A stretch of 64,000 nucleotides of DNA. Source: an uncultured Cellulophaga sp. (GTDB lineage Bacteria; Bacteroidota; Bacteroidia; Flavobacteriales; Flavobacteriaceae). Of the stretch, positions 18,906-28,329 are shown in pieces. The translations under genes and the position numbers were made by a program. The stretch spans positions 17,747 through 81,746 of the forward strand of contig CANLIE010000001.1 of the NCBI GenBank assembly GCA_947491225.1. Reading direction: 5' to 3'. How positions within the stretch are numbered: position 1 is the stretch's first letter; each line of letters begins with the position of its first letter. The notes below the pieces were generated by a model. That model was not told where the DNA came from. It searched no databases and saw nothing but the letters and a program-made list of their open reading frames with translations.

Positions 18906-20963
18906 ATGAAAAAAATATATTCTTTATTGGTTATAGCGCTAATTGCTTTTAACCTACAAGCACAAATAGACCGCAGCAAAATGCCAGAGGCTGGTCCCCT
19001 ACCAGAAATAAACTTATCTGAACCACAACGTTTTGAACTTAAAAATGGGTTAAAAGTTTTAGTTGTTGAAAACCATAAATTACCAAGAGTATCTATACAA
19101 TTAATTATAGATAACCCGCCTGTTGCCGAAGGTAAAAAAGCTGGTGTTGGCTCTTTTGTATCTAGTTTATTAGGAAACGGTTCAAAGTCTATTCCGAAGG
19201 ACGATTTTAATGAGGAATTAGATTTTATGGGTGCTAATATGTCTTTTGGATCAGAAAGTGCTTCTGCATTCGCATTATCTAAATACTTTCCTAGAATAAT
19301 AGAGTTAATGGCAGACGCCAGCATTAATCCAAACTTTACACAAGAAGAATTTGACAAGGAAAAAGAAAAGATTTTAACTAGCTTAAAAGCAGACGAAAAA
19401 AATGTAGCTAGTATTGCTAGAAACGTACAAAATACTTTAGCATACGGACAAAAACATCCATATGGCGAACAAATAACAGAAGAAACTATTAACAATATTT
19501 CTTTAGAAGATGTACAACAATTTTATAACGATTATTTTGTACCTGCTAATGCATATATGGTTGTAATTGGCGATGTAAATTTTAAAGAGGTTAAAAAATT
19601 AATAAAAGAAAATTTTGTTGCCTGGACTAAAGCAATACCACCATCTTTCTCTTTACCTACACCCAAAGATGTACAGTACACACAAATTAATTTTGTAGAT
19701 ATGCCAAATGCAGTACAATCTGAAGTTGCTGTAGAAAATTTAGTATCTCTTAAAAAGAGTGATCCAGACTACTTACCTGCCTTACTGGCAAACCGTATTT
19801 TAGGTGGTGGCGGATCTGGAAGATTATTTTTAAATCTTAGAGAAGACAAGGCTTACACATATGGTGCTTACTCTAGTATTGGAAATGACAAAAACTCGGT
19901 ATCTAGATTTAGAGCTTATGCTAGTGTACGTAATGCCGTTACAGACAGCGCTGTTGTAGAATTATTATCAGAGATTGATAAGATAGCCACCACTCCAGTT
20001 TCTGAGAAGGAGCTAAGTGACGCTAAAGCTGCTTACATTGGAAACTTTATTATGGCTTTAGAAAAACCTAGCACTATGGCCAATTACGCATTAAATATAG
20101 AAACTGAAGGTTTACCTAAAGACTACTACAAAACTTATTTAGAGAAAATAAATGCTATTACTGTTGCAGACGTAGAAAATGCAGCTAAAAAGTACTTTAA
20201 ATCTTCTAACGCACGTATAGTTGTTACAGGTAAAGGAAGTGACGTTTTAGACAACCTAGAAAAAGTTACCTTTAAAGGTCAGTCTATACCTGTTAAGTAT
20301 TATGATAGATACGGAAACGCAGTTGAAAAACCTAAGTACGATGTTGCTATACCTGAAGGCATTGATGCTAAAAAAGTACTTTCTAACTACATCGAAGCTA
20401 TTGGTGGAAAAGCAAAATTAGAAAGTATTGCATCTTACTATATAAAAGCTACAGCACAAATACAAGGTCAAGAATTACTTTTAGAGATTAAAAAGACAAC
20501 TAAAAATCAGTTTATGCAAGATGTTAGTATGATGGGTAATTCTATGAGCAAACAAGTACTAAATGGCGATGCTGGTTTTATGGTGATTCAAGGTCGTAAA
20601 ATGGATTTACAAGAAGCACAAATAACTACAATAAAAGCTGAATCTGCTCCTTTTCCTGAACTTAACTACATTAACAGTGATGCTACATTAAAAGGCATTG
20701 AAGATTTTGACGGCACTAAAGCATATGTTATTAAATTTAATGACACAAAATCTGCAGCTTACGACATAAAAACTGGATTAAAAGTAGTTGATATTACTAC
20801 AACTCCGCAAGGTAGTGCTACTATTAACTACAGTGACTACAAAGAAGTTTCTGGCGTACAATTTCCTTTTCTTTGGAAACAAACAATGGGACCGCAGAAG
20901 TTCGATTTTAATGTTACTGAAATAAAAACTAATGAAGGTGTTACTGATGAGGATTTTAAATAA
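18906..20963 (+). CDS. M16-family peptidase, non-catalytic partner subunit
   Basis: Start at MKKIYSLLV (signal peptide); M16 fold similarity but no HxxEH; sits 4 nt after the catalytic partner. Confidence 0.75.
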   Translation: MKKIYSLLVIALIAFNLQAQIDRSKMPEAGPLPEINLSEPQRFELKNGLKVLVVENHKLPRVSIQLIIDNPPVAEGKKAGVGSFVSSLLGNGSKSIPKDDFNEELDFMGANMSFGSESASAFALSKYFPRIIELMADASINPNFTQEEFDKEKEKILTSLKADEKNVASIARNVQNTLAYGQKHPYGEQITEETINNISLEDVQQFYNDYFVPANAYMVVIGDVNFKEVKKLIKENFVAWTKAIPPSFSLPTPKDVQYTQINFVDMPNAVQSEVAVENLVSLKKSDPDYLPALLANRILGGGGSGRLFLNLREDKAYTYGAYSSIGNDKNSVSRFRAYASVRNAVTDSAVVELLSEIDKIATTPVSEKELSDAKAAYIGNFIMALEKPSTMANYALNIETEGLPKDYYKTYLEKINAITVADVENAAKKYFKSSNARIVVTGKGSDVLDNLEKVTFKGQSIPVKYYDRYGNAVEKPKYDVAIPEGIDAKKVLSNYIEAIGGKAKLESIASYYIKATAQIQGQELLLEIKKTTKNQFMQDVSMMGNSMSKQVLNGDAGFMVIQGRKMDLQEAQITTIKAESAPFPELNYINSDATLKGIEDFDGTKAYVIKFNDTKSAAYDIKTGLKVVDITTTPQGSATINYSDYKEVSGVQFPFLWKQTMGPQKFDFNVTEIKTNEGVTDEDFK

Positions 20964-20985
20964 TCTAAAAAACAAGTAAACATTA

Positions 20986-21020
20986 AAGGCTGTCTAAACT
21001 ATTTTAGATAGCCTTTTTTT
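20986..21020 (+). terminator. Rho-independent terminator after the M16 peptidase pair
   Basis: GGCTGTCTAAA-CTATT-TTAGATAGCC followed by TTTTTTT. Confidence 0.6.
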
Positions 21021-21101
21021 ATGATTTTATTTAGATGAACTACTTCAATTTTAAGAATTAAAAAATTAGTACTTTTGTAATATACCTAATACCTATTTAA
21101 T

Positions 21102-21488
21102 ATGAAACTTATAAAAAATATTGGCCTACTTTTAATAGGCGTATTGACACTGCTGTCTTCTTGCAAAGAAAACAAACAAAATCCTGAAATAATTACTATA
21201 AACAACACTGTTGCTTCTGAAAAAACAAAAGAACTTGCAAATGCAACATATAGCAAAGCAGAGTTCACTATTAAAGGTATGACGTGCCAAATTGGTTGTG
21301 CTGCCACAATTGAAAAAAATTTAGCAAAAATGAAAGGCGTAAAATCTGCCAAAGTAGATTTTGAAAAAGAATTAGCCTTGGTGGAATACGACACAAACAC
21401 ATTAAACACAAATGACTTGACCAATACTGTAACATCTTCTGCTTCTGGAGATATTTATACTGTTGAGGGGGTTAAAATTATAGAATAA
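21102..21488 (+). CDS. Heavy-metal-associated (HMA) domain lipoprotein
   Basis: 128 aa; lipobox LSSC; HMA fold with GMTCQIGC metal-binding loop. Confidence 0.7.
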   Translation: MKLIKNIGLLLIGVLTLLSSCKENKQNPEIITINNTVASEKTKELANATYSKAEFTIKGMTCQIGCAATIEKNLAKMKGVKSAKVDFEKELALVEYDTNTLNTNDLTNTVTSSASGDIYTVEGVKIIE

Positions 21489-21510
21489 TATTTTTTCATA
21501 AATACTACAA

Positions 21511-21548
21511 AAGCTGATGTTCACTAAAAAAGATATCAGCTTTTTTTA
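21511..21548 (+). terminator. Rho-independent terminator
   Basis: AGCTGAT...ATCAGC hairpin followed by TTTTTTT. Confidence 0.6.
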
Positions 21549-21618
21549 TTTGAATACTAAAATCTGAAATAAAACTCTAACCTATCTTATCGCCTGAAAT
21601 AATAGATAAAGCTTACAA

Positions 21619-22176
21619 CTACTCTTTCCACCTTAGACTCTCTATTAATTTCTTAATATCTTCTTGTAAATAAACAGCAGCTGGGTATATAGAATCATAA
21701 TTTGGTTTTATGTTAAAATACAATGACCCTGTTAAAAAATGTGCTACACTATCTGTTAGATAAAATTGCGCCTGTGATGCCGCATCTCCCTTTACATCGT
21801 AAAACATTCCATATACTCTATTTTCCTTATTAACAAATGGCTGTTCCAGAATATTATCTGCCTTAGCGGTATGTTCATAAGATAATTTTTGAGCATCAGA
21901 CAATAATTTACTTAAATTATCTTTAATAGGCTTATAGCTTAAAAATATAGATCCGTTTAATTGTGGATAATTAATAACTATGCTATTTACGTTTTCTTTA
22001 TTTATGGTAGATAGCAAACTATACTTAAATTTATAACTATCAGTTTCAAACACAGCTGTTTTGGCACTAGGGTATTCTAATCTTAACATAGCTTTAGGCT
22101 TGGGCAATACTTCTTCCTTACAACCTATAACCAATACACTAAAAATTAAAATAAAAAAATTAACTTTATTCTTCAT
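21619..22176 (-). CDS. gldD: Gliding motility lipoprotein GldD
   Basis: 185 aa lipoprotein (VIGC lipobox), immediately downstream of and overlapping the gldE-like gene, as in Flavobacterium johnsoniae gldE-gldD. Confidence 0.7.
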   Translation of the reverse strand: MKNKVNFFILIFSVLVIGCKEEVLPKPKAMLRLEYPSAKTAVFETDSYKFKYSLLSTINKENVNSIVINYPQLNGSIFLSYKPIKDNLSKLLSDAQKLSYEHTAKADNILEQPFVNKENRVYGMFYDVKGDAASQAQFYLTDSVAHFLTGSLYFNIKPNYDSIYPAAVYLQEDIKKLIESLRWKE

Positions 22177-23497
22177 TAGGCAACATTACTTTTATCTGTT
22201 TCAATCTTTTCTTATCTAGACTTTCCACTACAAATTGGTAGTTTTTAAAAATAATTTTTTCTCCTCTCTTAGGAAAACTACCTGCTATTTCTAATACAAA
22301 TCCTGCAATGGTTTCGGATTCTCCTTTTTGTCCTTCAAAATCGTCCTCATCATCTATAATCCTTGCAACACGATAAAATTCTTTTAATGTAGTTTTTCCA
22401 TCAAAAACATAAGTTAAATCATCTATTTTTGAAAAAATTAAATCTTCATCATCAAATTCATCGCTAATGTCTCCAACTATTTCCTCTATTATATCTTCTA
22501 GTGTAACTATACCAGATGTTCCTCCATATTCATCAACCACAACTGCTAAATGATTCTTTTTATCCTGAAATTCCTTGAGTAAATCATCTAATTTTTTGTT
22601 TTCAGGAACAAAGTAAGGTTCTCTTAGCAATGACACCCAATTAAATGTCTTCCTTTCTATATAAGGCAGTAAATCTTTCACATAAAGTACTCCTTTAACA
22701 TTATCCACATTTTCTTCATAAACAGGAATACGAGAATATCCTTTTTGCTTTATCTCAGATATGACTTCCAAAAATTTTAGTTCTGCATCTAAAGCAAAAA
22801 TATCTATTCTAGGGCGCATTACTTGTTTGGTATCTGTATTTCCAAAAGAAACAATACCTTCTAATATTTTCTGTTCTTCCTTAGTTGTATCTTCTTCTGA
22901 AGTCATTTCTAAGGCTTGCGACAAATGATCTACACTTAAATTAGATTTTTGTTTACCTAATCTATTATGTAAAAATAATGTAACGGAACGCATTGGAGAA
23001 CTTAAAGGTGCAAAAACTACATCTAAAAACCGTAATGGATATGCCATAAAATTTGAAAACTGAACTCTATTCCTGTTTGCATATATCTTAGGCATTATTT
23101 CTCCAAACATTAAAATAAGAAATGTTGCAACCACCACTTCTAACACAAAACGCACAGAAATTACATTAAAAACAAGGTATGTTATGTTAGAAAAAATTAC
23201 ATCACCAATAGAACTAAACAAAAGCACTATACCAATATTAATGGCATTGTTAGCTATAAGAATGGTTGCTAATAATTTTTTAGGTTTTTGCAATAATCGC
23301 AAAACAGAATTACCTCTAGAAGATTTTTCTTCTCTTATACTGTTTATATCTGTGGGCGAAAGTCCAAAAAAAGCTACTTCTGCTCCAGAAATCATAGCAG
23401 ACAGCAATAACAAAACTAAAAGTACAATAATTTTGGCAATTAAGGCACCATCAAAAACAATTGTATTTAGTAATAAAATAAGGGGGTCAGAATCCAA
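22166..23497 (-). CDS. gldE: Gliding motility protein GldE (CNNM/DUF21 TM domain, CBS pair, CorC_HlyC)
   Basis: 443 aa; N-terminal TM DUF21, CBS pair, C-terminal transporter-associated domain. Conserved context mutY-ssb-gldE-gldD. Confidence 0.85.
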   Translation of the reverse strand: MDSDPLILLLNTIVFDGALIAKIIVLLVLLLLSAMISGAEVAFFGLSPTDINSIREEKSSRGNSVLRLLQKPKKLLATILIANNAINIGIVLLFSSIGDVIFSNITYLVFNVISVRFVLEVVVATFLILMFGEIMPKIYANRNRVQFSNFMAYPLRFLDVVFAPLSSPMRSVTLFLHNRLGKQKSNLSVDHLSQALEMTSEEDTTKEEQKILEGIVSFGNTDTKQVMRPRIDIFALDAELKFLEVISEIKQKGYSRIPVYEENVDNVKGVLYVKDLLPYIERKTFNWVSLLREPYFVPENKKLDDLLKEFQDKKNHLAVVVDEYGGTSGIVTLEDIIEEIVGDISDEFDDEDLIFSKIDDLTYVFDGKTTLKEFYRVARIIDDEDDFEGQKGESETIAGFVLEIAGSFPKRGEKIIFKNYQFVVESLDKKRLKQIKVMLPNEE

Positions 23498-23516
23498 TAA
23501 TTAAAATTTAGTGCTA

Positions 23517-24008
23517 TTAAAATGGTAAATCATCATCTTGTTGTTCTGGCTCATTATGAACCGTATTTTTTGGTTGAGTACTCTCTAGCGGTTGCGGTTG
23601 TGCATTTTGTTGTTGTTGTTGTTGCACTGGTTGCTGAGTATTATTACTCTGCGCATTAGCCATACTTTCTTGTTTTGTAGATAAAAAAGTAAAGTCTTGC
23701 ACTTGTATTTCTGTTGAATAACGGGTGTTACCGTCTTCTCCTTGCCATTGACGATTTTTTAGCCTACCCTCTACATATATCTTGTCTCCTTTGCTTAAAT
23801 ATTTTTCACATATTTCCGCAGCTTTATTACGCACCACTATATTATGCCAATCTGTGTTAGTTACACGCTCACCTGTTTGCTTGTTTGTATAGGTTTCATT
23901 TGTTGCTATAGGAAACCTTCCTATGCATCCTCCTCCTTCAAAGTAATGCATTTTTACTGCATCTCCTAAGTGTCCAATTAACATTACTTTATTTAATGTA
24001 CCGCTCAT
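23517..24008 (-). CDS. ssb: Single-stranded DNA-binding protein
   Basis: 163 aa; OB-fold N-terminus, Gln-rich linker, acidic C-terminal tail DDDLPF. Confidence 0.9.
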   Translation of the reverse strand: MSGTLNKVMLIGHLGDAVKMHYFEGGGCIGRFPIATNETYTNKQTGERVTNTDWHNIVVRNKAAEICEKYLSKGDKIYVEGRLKNRQWQGEDGNTRYSTEIQVQDFTFLSTKQESMANAQSNNTQQPVQQQQQQNAQPQPLESTQPKNTVHNEPEQQDDDLPF

Positions 24009-24025
24009 AATTTTTTATCTTATTA

Positions 24026-25066
24026 TCAAAAATACGAAATTTTAAATATTTTTATAAAATCTGCTATTAAAACAGGTACAGGGTATTTTTCCAATTCAGA
24101 AATCGCTTTTCCATTTTCTATAGTTTCATCAGTTCTAAGAACCCAAAAATTAGTATATAAATGCTGATGAGATAATTTATGTACTATAGGTTGTTCATTA
24201 TACAACACTATACTCTTCACGGCTAAGTTAGGTAGTATTTTTTTATAATAATCGTATACATCTACCTTATTTTCTGTAACCTCTAGTAAAGGGAATTCAT
24301 ATAGGTTTTGCCATATTCCTTTTCCAGTACGTTGTTTAATGAGTGTATTCCCTTCATTATCAACAACAACCAAATAGTTAAAATATCTATTCTTAACTTT
24401 AGTCTTATTTATTTTTATAGGCAAAGTGGTTACAAAATTTCTTTGTAATGCAACACAACTATTATTTAAAGGACAAGAATTACAATTTGGATTCTTTGGC
24501 ACACATTGCAATGCCCCAAATTCCATTATACCTTGGTTATAATCTCTAATATTAGATACATCCATTACTTTTACAGCCAAAGCTTTAAAATACTTAACCC
24601 CTTCTGTGCTATTAATAGGTAGTTCTACTCCATAGTATCTAGATAATACCCTGTATACATTACCATCTACAACCGCTTGCCCTTCATTAAAACAAATAGA
24701 TGCAATTGCACTAGCCGTATAATCTCCTACTCCTTTTAATTTTAATAATTCTTTATAGGTCCTTGGAAATTTACCATTATAATTCTCTACAATGTCTTTT
24801 GCCGTGTAATGAAGATTTCTGGCGCGAGAATAATACCCTAATCCTTGCCATAATTTTAAAACTTCCTCTTCAGAAGCATTAGCAAGATCAAAAATGGTAG
24901 GAAAATGTTTTTCAAAAGTTAAGTAATAAGCTGTTCCCTGCACTACTCTTGTTTGCTGCAGTATAATTTCTGAAAGCCATATTTTATAAGGACTTACAGT
25001 GCTTCTCCACGGCAAAGAGCGCTTATTTAAAGAGTACCAATGAAGGATTTTTTTAGAGAATGACAT
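24026..25066 (-). CDS. mutY: A/G-specific adenine DNA glycosylase MutY
   Basis: Start at internal MSFSKK; HhH-GPD motif (WQGLGYYSRARNLH); Cys cluster (CVPKNPNCNSCPLNNSC) for 4Fe-4S; C-terminal NUDIX-like domain. Confidence 0.9.
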   Translation of the reverse strand: MSFSKKILHWYSLNKRSLPWRSTVSPYKIWLSEIILQQTRVVQGTAYYLTFEKHFPTIFDLANASEEEVLKLWQGLGYYSRARNLHYTAKDIVENYNGKFPRTYKELLKLKGVGDYTASAIASICFNEGQAVVDGNVYRVLSRYYGVELPINSTEGVKYFKALAVKVMDVSNIRDYNQGIMEFGALQCVPKNPNCNSCPLNNSCVALQRNFVTTLPIKINKTKVKNRYFNYLVVVDNEGNTLIKQRTGKGIWQNLYEFPLLEVTENKVDVYDYYKKILPNLAVKSIVLYNEQPIVHKLSHQHLYTNFWVLRTDETIENGKAISELEKYPVPVLIADFIKIFKISYF

Positions 25067-25196
25067 CAAGCAAATAATAATAATGAACAAAAATACAGGT
25101 TTATATACTTAAAATTAAGTCAATTAACGTAAAAGAATAAATTAAATTTATATATTTGCAACCCGAAAAAACATAGCACATAATATATTACTGACA

Positions 25197-25487
25197 ATGA
25201 CGAAAGCAGATATTGTATCGAAAATCTCAGATAAACTGGGAATTGAAAAAGGAGATGTACAGGCGACTGTTGAAACTTTTATGGAAGAGGTAAAGACTTC
25301 ATTAGAAAATGGAGACAATGTTTACCTTAGAGGTTTTGGTAGCTTTATTATTAAAACAAGAGCAGAAAAAACTGGTAGAAACATTTCTAAAAACACTACC
25401 ATAAAAATACCAGCTCATAATATCCCTGCATTTAAGCCTGCAAAGGTTTTTATTGAAGGAGTAAAGAGTAATGTACAAGTAAAATAA
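25197..25487 (+). CDS. HU-family DNA-binding protein
   Basis: 96 aa; HU/IHF fold (RGFGSF...R.GRNP-like arm). Confidence 0.9.
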   Translation: MTKADIVSKISDKLGIEKGDVQATVETFMEEVKTSLENGDNVYLRGFGSFIIKTRAEKTGRNISKNTTIKIPAHNIPAFKPAKVFIEGVKSNVQVK

Positions 25488-25515
25488 AAAAAGTATTAAT
25501 TAAAAAGTAGATTTT

Positions 25516-25605
25516 ATGCCGAGTGGTAAGAAAAGAAAAAGACATAAGGTAGCTACCCATAAGCGCAAAAAGCGTAGAAGAGCTAACCGACACAAGAAAA
25601 AGTAG
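25516..25605 (+). CDS. Small (28 aa) highly basic peptide, candidate ribosomal protein bS22-like; absent from the ORF track
   Basis: ATG at 25516; MPSGKKRKRHKVATHKRKKRRANRHKKK then TAG at 25603-25605; followed immediately by a terminator hairpin; between HU and RNase E/G. Confidence 0.5.
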   Translation: MPSGKKRKRHKVATHKRKKRRRANRHKKK

Positions 25606-25630
25606 TTGTTATCAACTACTTTTTCATTTT
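25601..25630 (+). terminator. Rho-independent terminator after the small basic ORF
   Basis: AGTAGTTG-TTAT-CAACTACT then TTTTCATTTT. Confidence 0.6.
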
Positions 25631-25748
25631 AAAAACGTTCATTGACATAGAAATTCTTTTCTAAAGAATTTCAACGGGTCAACATACCCGTTACAATTAT
25701 TGTTTAATCCATTTATTTCTATTTTAGAATAATAGAAATAAATAAAAA

Positions 25749-27308
25749 TTGATTCAGGTGAATAAAGAATTAATCGTAAGATCTGGTTCTAGCGCCGTCG
25801 ATTTTGCCTTAACTAAGGAAGGAAAACTAATAGAACTTCATAAAGAAGAAGACAATAACAATTTTTCTGTTGGCGATATATTTCTTGCCAAAATAAGAAA
25901 ACCTGTTACTGGTCTAAATGCTGCATTTGTAGATGTGGGCTATGAGAAAGATGCTTTTTTGCATTATCATGATCTAGGGCCGCAATTATCTTCTATGCTA
26001 AAATTTGTTAAAGGAGCAAGTACTGGAAAATTAAAAGATTTTTCATTAAAAAACTTTCCTTTTGAAAAAGACATAGATAAAGATGGCAGTATAAATGATG
26101 TTATTAAATCTAATCAATCCTTATTAGTACAAATTGTAAAAGAACCAATATCCACCAAAGGACCAAGAATAAGTTCTGAACTATCATTAGCAGGACGATA
26201 TGTGGTTATGGTGCCTTTTTCTGACAGAGTTTCTGTTTCACAAAAAATAGAAAGTAAAGAAGAAAAAGAAAGGTTAAAAAGACTTGTAAAAAGCATTAAA
26301 CCGAAAGGATTTGGTGTTATTATAAGAACAGTTGCTGAAGGCAAAAAGGTGGCAGAACTAGACAAAGATCTAGAAAACTTACTGACCAAATGGACAGTAA
26401 TGTGCAAAAAATTGTATAAAGCCCCTTACCCATCCAAAGTGTTGGTAGAACTAAATAGAGCTTCTTCTATACTAAGAGATGTATTCAACGATACCTTTAC
26501 AGGAATACACGTTGATGACAAAACGCTTTACAACGAAATAAAAGACTATGTGCAAGAAATTGCGCCAGAAAAAGAATCTATTGTAAAGCTACATAATTCT
26601 TCTGTTCCTCTTTTTGAAAAATTTGGGATAGAAAGACAAATTAAAACTTCTTTTGGCAGAACAGCCTCTATGAGTAAAGGTGCCTATTTAATTATTGAAC
26701 ACACAGAAGCATTACATGTTATAGATGTAAATAGCGGAAACAGATCCAATAAGGCAAAAAACCAAGAAGACACAGCATTAGAAGTGAATATGATTTCTGC
26801 TACTGAAATAGCCAGACAATTGCGTTTACGTGATATGGGAGGTATTATTGTTGTTGATTTCATAGATATGGCAAAGCCAGATCATAGAAGAAAACTTTTT
26901 GATCATCTACGTGATGAGATGAAGGACGATAGAGCCAAACATAAAATATTGCCGCCGAGCAAATTTGGCCTTATTCAAATTACAAGACAGAGGGTAAGAC
27001 CTGAAAGAAATATTAAAACAATGGAAAAAAATCCTAATGCCAATAATGGCACAGAGGTAGAAGCTCCAATAGTTTTAATAGATAAGATTAAATCCGATTT
27101 AGAAAAATTATTAAACGGTCCAGCAAAAAGCAATGGTGTTACGCTACACATACATCCATTTATTGCTGCATATCTTACAAAAGGAATTCCTTCCATTCGT
27201 TTCCAATGGTTTTTGGAATATAAGAAATGGATAAAAGTGCAGCCTAGAGATGCTTATACATATCTAGAATATCGCTTTAAAAACAAAGAAGGTAAAACCA
27301 TATATTAA
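25749..27308 (+). CDS. rng: Rne/Rng-family ribonuclease (RNase E/G)
   Basis: 519 aa; S1 domain N-terminus; catalytic-domain motifs (GGIIVVDFIDM, DNase-I-like region). Confidence 0.85.
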   Translation: MIQVNKELIVRSGSSAVDFALTKEGKLIELHKEEDNNNFSVGDIFLAKIRKPVTGLNAAFVDVGYEKDAFLHYHDLGPQLSSMLKFVKGASTGKLKDFSLKNFPFEKDIDKDGSINDVIKSNQSLLVQIVKEPISTKGPRISSELSLAGRYVVMVPFSDRVSVSQKIESKEEKERLKRLVKSIKPKGFGVIIRTVAEGKKVAELDKDLENLLTKWTVMCKKLYKAPYPSKVLVELNRASSILRDVFNDTFTGIHVDDKTLYNEIKDYVQEIAPEKESIVKLHNSSVPLFEKFGIERQIKTSFGRTASMSKGAYLIIEHTEALHVIDVNSGNRSNKAKNQEDTALEVNMISATEIARQLRLRDMGGIIVVDFIDMAKPDHRRKLFDHLRDEMKDDRAKHKILPPSKFGLIQITRQRVRPERNIKTMEKNPNANNGTEVEAPIVLIDKIKSDLEKLLNGPAKSNGVTLHIHPFIAAYLTKGIPSIRFQWFLEYKKWIKVQPRDAYTYLEYRFKNKEGKTIY

Positions 27309-27338
27309 AAAACCTTTTTTGATAAAACAAATTAATTA

Positions 27339-27371
27339 AAAAGCGACCTTAATACAAGGTCGCTTTTTTTG
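27339..27371 (+). terminator. Rho-independent terminator after rng
   Basis: AAAAAGCGACCTT-AATAC-AAGGTCGCTTTTTTT: perfect 9-bp stem plus T7. Confidence 0.8.
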
Positions 27372-27389
27372 TTTATGTACATTTGTAAA

Positions 27390-27863
27390 ATGCATACACA
27401 GCCTTCATATACAATTATAGATGCTACTAAAAAAGTAGAGCATTATTGTGCATATCAAGAACGTTGCCACAAAGAAGTAGTACAAAAGCTAAAAGAAATG
27501 GGAATGATTCCTGATGCTAGGGATATTATAATTGCTCATCTAATTAAGGAAAATTATTTAAATGAAGAACGCTTTACACAAAGTTTTGTCCGTGGAAAAT
27601 TCAACATTAAAAAATGGGGAAAGAATCGTATCATAAGCGAATTAAAATTGCGTAATATCTCTAAATATAATATTGCAACAGCACTTAAAGAAATTGATGA
27701 AGATGTATATATAAAAACATTAGATGTTCTTGCAAAAAAAAGATTAGAAGCTATTAAAGAGACTAATATTCAAAAAAGAAAGAAAAAATTAGCAGACTAT
27801 CTTCTTTACAGAGGATGGGAAAGCCATTTGGTTTATGAGAAGGTATCTGCATTGATAAAATAA
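27390..27863 (+). CDS. recX: Recombination regulator RecX
   Basis: Start at internal MHTQPS (the track's upstream start would overlap the rng terminator); three-helix-repeat RecX fold. Confidence 0.8.
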   Translation: MHTQPSYTIIDATKKVEHYCAYQERCHKEVVQKLKEMGMIPDARDIIIAHLIKENYLNEERFTQSFVRGKFNIKKWGKNRIISELKLRNISKYNIATALKEIDEDVYIKTLDVLAKKRLEAIKETNIQKRKKKLADYLLYRGWESHLVYEKVSALIK

Positions 27864-27917
27864 AAAAGAGAGGTAGCAAATAAGCTCTCTTTGCATCAAC
27901 CTTTATTTTGTTGTGTA

Positions 27918-28132
27918 CTTATAACCTGAGTTCGATGTAATAAAATTTATGTCAGTCTGAGTGATTTTCGATAGAAAATTGTATCGAAGACAAGTAAATT
28001 TTAAACCAAAAGCCTTATCATCCTGAGCTTCGTCGAAGGGTCTATACAATTTTTCTTCGTTTTACTATGAAAAATTACTCAATTTGACGGCTTTTTCAAA
28101 TCAAAATCTTAGATCGAACTCAGGTTTATAAG
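27918..28132. repeat. About 215-bp MITE-like element bounded by 17-19 bp terminal inverted repeats
   Basis: Left end CTTATAACCTGAGTTCGAT (27918-27936) pairs with right end ATCGAACTCAGGTTTATAAG (28113-28132), one indel. The interior holds sub-motifs of the dispersed repeat family (TGAGTGATTTTCGATAGAAAATTGTATCGAAG). Confidence 0.5.
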
Positions 28133-28188
28133 CAACCAAATTATTAAAATTTATTGTGCATTTTGAGTCAAAAAAACTCCTGAATATT

Positions 28189-28326
28189 GGTTTGAGTGAT
28201 TTTTATCAAAAATTTGTATCCAGAACTAATTTGAGGCTGAAAATTCTTATCCTTGATACAAATTTTACTTGTTTTCATCGTAAAATTTACTTGAATTGAC
28301 AGAATTTCATCAAAATACACAATGGG
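28189..28326 (-). repeat. Dispersed intergenic repeat family, copy B (minus orientation)
   Basis: Reverse complement reads GTATTTTGATGAAATTCTGTCAATTCAAGTAAATTTTACGATGAAAACAAGTAAAATTTGTATCAAGG...TTTTTGATAAAAATCACTCAAACC. It aligns with copies at 31040, 36518 and 42355. Confidence 0.55.
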
Positions 28327-28329
28327 TTA

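Noticed and set aside
18875-19495. 206-aa ORF on the minus strand
   Set aside because: Lies entirely antisense within the second M16 peptidase gene. Low-complexity Ser/Phe/Cys-rich translation typical of AT-rich antisense frames; no family resemblance.
23600-23640. GTTGTTGTTGTTGTTG trinucleotide run
   Set aside because: It is the poly-Gln linker (QQQQQQ) of SSB read on the opposite strand; a coding low-complexity region rather than a microsatellite of regulatory interest.
27864-28329. Possible CRISPR array because of recurring similar motifs
   Set aside because: The repeats are imperfect and irregularly spaced, partly inverted, and also occur singly at distant loci (31 kb, 36 kb, 42 kb). 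They are not direct repeats of fixed length with unique spacers, and no cas genes are present.
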